Origin: a virus
Taxonomy: Duplodnaviria; Caudoviricetes
Virus record (IMG/VR): IMGVR_UViG_3300009183_004565
DNA length: 64,000 bases
Direction: 5' to 3' (one strand)
In this document: positions 63,614 to 64,000 of the stretch, in pieces
How positions within the stretch are numbered: the stretch's first letter is position 1
Layout: each line of letters opens with the position of its first letter
Program-made: the position numbers and the translations under genes
The notes under the pieces: model-generated
What the model saw: the letters and a program-made list of their open reading frames with translations, nothing else
Databases searched by the model: none
What the model was told of the DNA's origin: nothing

Positions 63614-64000
63614 ATGTCAAAAATTAAAATTGCAGAGCTGTTTTACAGCATACAAGGAGAAGGTCGTTACATGGGTGTGCCTAGTGTGTTCTTGCGAACA
63701 TTTGGGTGTAACTTTAAATGTGCCGGCTTTGGTATGCCTCGAGGACAATTAAGTACAGAGGCAGATTTGGTTGATCCGGAAAAATATAAATTCTACGATA
63801 AACTACCTTTAGTTAGCACAGGTTGCGATAGTTACGCTAGTTGGGATCCAAGATTTAAAGATCTTAGTCCCATGCTCGAAAGCGATGCTATTGCGGATCG
63901 TATCATGGAGATATTGCCTTTTAACGAGTGGCGAGATGAACACTTGGTTATTACAGGTGGAGAACCTTTACTAGGGTGGCAACGTGCTTATCCGGACTTG
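63614..64000 (+). CDS. queE: 7-carboxy-7-deazaguanine synthase (radical SAM), partial, runs off the window
   Basis: Not in the ORF track because it has no stop. My translation: MSKIKIAELFYSIQGEGRYMGVPSVFLRTFGCNFKC...GCDSYASW...HLVITGGEPLL. Confidence 0.92.
   Translation, partial: MSKIKIAELFYSIQGEGRYMGVPSVFLRTFGCNFKCAGFGMPRGQLSTEADLVDPEKYKFYDKLPLVSTGCDSYASWDPRFKDLSPMLESDAIADRIMEILPFNEWRDEHLVITGGEPLLGWQRAYPDL

Noticed and set aside
1-64000. Stop-codon reassignment, as in some large phages
   Set aside because: Conserved genes are full length under code 11, and TAA, TAG and TGA all end recognisable proteins at the expected positions (e.g. infA TAG, sod TGA)

Overview
The window is a gene-dense, AT-rich piece of a large lytic T4-like (myovirus-type/jumbo) bacteriophage genome, read in the standard bacterial code and almost entirely on the + strand. 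Evidence for this: T4 gp9/gp10-like baseplate/fibre N-termini, family-B DNA polymerase, clamp loader, PhoH, GH19 endolysin, T4-late-like TAAATA motifs and sigma70 promoters. The ErpA, IF-1 and GH19 proteins look proteobacterial, so a proteobacterial host is an inference. Left to right: host-takeover genes (Ate/Bpt-like transferase, IF-1, SOD, ErpA); four large virion fibre/baseplate genes; MazG, an isolated DnaE fragment, GroES, FkbM, clamp loader, nucleotidase, radical SAM and PhoH; an unexplained MTase / P-loop / ferritin-like / glutamine-amidotransferase cluster; a lysis cassette; DnaJ-ClpA; a block of probable capsid-internal proteins with T4-type targeting leaders; Dps; DNA polymerase B. 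From there a ~20 kb locus runs off the right edge, in which 7-deazaguanine genes (dpdA-like TGT, a second T-fold protein, folE, queD, queE) are interleaved with three sulfotransferases, a 2OG oxygenase, a glycosyltransferase, GalE, a DegT aminotransferase, a PRTase and a B12 radical SAM enzyme. Strongest leads: (1) that locus as a possible new DNA hypermodification pathway; (2) a riboswitch-like structured leader on queD; (3) a GC-rich orphan structured RNA at 41.3 kb; (4) metabolic enzymes carrying capsid-targeting leaders; (5) promoter-in-hairpin translational switches and many leaderless mRNAs. I found no tRNA, rRNA or CRISPR array. All family assignments come from motif recognition by eye; no database search was run.
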